This document shows, piece after piece, positions 16,576-17,284 of a stretch of 17,284 bases of DNA. Both the position numbers and the translations under genes were made by a program. Below the pieces are notes generated by a model. The model had not been told where the DNA came from and searched no databases. It saw nothing but the letters and a program-made list of their open reading frames with translations. Origin of the DNA: Acidobacteriota bacterium (GTDB lineage Bacteria; Acidobacteriota; UBA4820; DSQY01); the NCBI GenBank assembly GCA_049967655.1, contig JBMFSH010000046.1, positions 1 through 17,284 on the forward strand, written 5' to 3'. Every line of letters begins with the position of its first letter. Positions within the stretch are counted from its first letter, which is position 1.

Positions 16576-17190
16576 CTACTCCAGGCTCAGCGTGACCTCT
16601 CCGTCGTTGCTCACCACGCGGGCGAGCAGGCCGGTGCCGAGCTGCTTGGCGAAGGGAACGAGCTGAGCGAAGAGGGCCTCGGTATCCACCGGCCCCTTGC
16701 CCTCGACCTTGATCCCCGACAGAAGGGACTGAACGGTGGAGAGGGGCACGGAGATTCGGGTCTCCTCCCCGCCCTCGCCCTTGTTTCGGGCCCGCAAGAC
16801 GAAGTTCGTCGGGGCCTTGCCGGGCCTCGGCTGGGCTGAGGGGGCAAATCCGACCGTGACCGAACTCTTGCGGCCGTGCTTTTCCACCGCGAAGAGCTGG
16901 CTCTCCCCGCCCTTGCTCTCCTTCTTGAGCGCATCGAGCACCTTGCCGAGGTCGAGGGTGACCTGCTGGCCCTCCACGCGGCACCCCTGCAAGCCCTTTT
17001 CCACCTTGTGCTGGTCGAGGAATTGGAGGACCTTCAGGGGCATCTCGATGACGGCCTTGTCCTGCTCCCCCTGGATGCGGAACTGGACCACTTCGTCGGA
17101 TCCGCTCTGGGCCAGAAGCGGCAGGGCGGCGGTCAGTAGCGCGGCGACCAGCGCGGCGAAGAAACCGCGACGAAACCAGTGGACGGCCAT
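16576..17190 (-). CDS. hypothetical secreted protein, 204 aa
   Basis: Signal peptide MAVHWFRRGFFAALVAALLTAALPLLA|QS; strong SD GGAGGTGAGGAGGTG; terminator downstream. Confidence 0.8.
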   Translation of the reverse strand: MAVHWFRRGFFAALVAALLTAALPLLAQSGSDEVVQFRIQGEQDKAVIEMPLKVLQFLDQHKVEKGLQGCRVEGQQVTLDLGKVLDALKKESKGGESQLFAVEKHGRKSSVTVGFAPSAQPRPGKAPTNFVLRARNKGEGGEETRISVPLSTVQSLLSGIKVEGKGPVDTEALFAQLVPFAKQLGTGLLARVVSNDGEVTLSLE

Positions 17191-17255
17191 GGTGTCACCT
17201 CCTCACCTCCTTGTACGCAGGGGGAAGCGGGGAGGTTTGCCGGGGCCGCCCCCCT

Positions 17256-17284
17256 TCACTCCTTCTTCGTCTTGAAATCCTTGC
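17256..17284 (-). CDS. possible 3' end of an upstream gene (...KDFKTKKE*)
   Basis: Short open frame with G/C-ending codons ending in TGA, 65 nt before the next start; too short to identify. Confidence 0.4.

Overview
GC-rich (roughly 68-70% by eye) bacterial chromosomal segment. Gene content suggests an anaerobe, possibly an Acidobacteriota- or Desulfobacterota-like lineage (inference only). Left part (1-5.7 kb): a probable sulfur/siroheme accessory cluster, with a leftward operon (cytidylate-kinase-like+BON protein, TauE/SafE exporter, TIGR02186-like membrane protein) divergent from an unusual uroporphyrinogen-III C-methyltransferase (CobA) fused to an apparently degenerate O-methyltransferase fold, followed by a SirC/CysG-N precorrin-2 dehydrogenase that appears translationally coupled to a 22-aa upstream ORF. 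Middle: glycine cleavage operon gcvT-H-PA-PB with a clean sigma70 promoter and no glycine riboswitch. Right: plsC-cinA-mqnA-mqnC operon (futalosine menaquinone pathway), a divergent AsnB-family amidotransferase and a secreted hypothetical protein. Intergenic regions hold a GTAG-type REP doublet with covarying stems, two near-identical 26-bp octamer-repeat elements, and 7-, 8- and 11-nt tandem repeats. No rRNA, tRNA, CRISPR array or transposase was seen.
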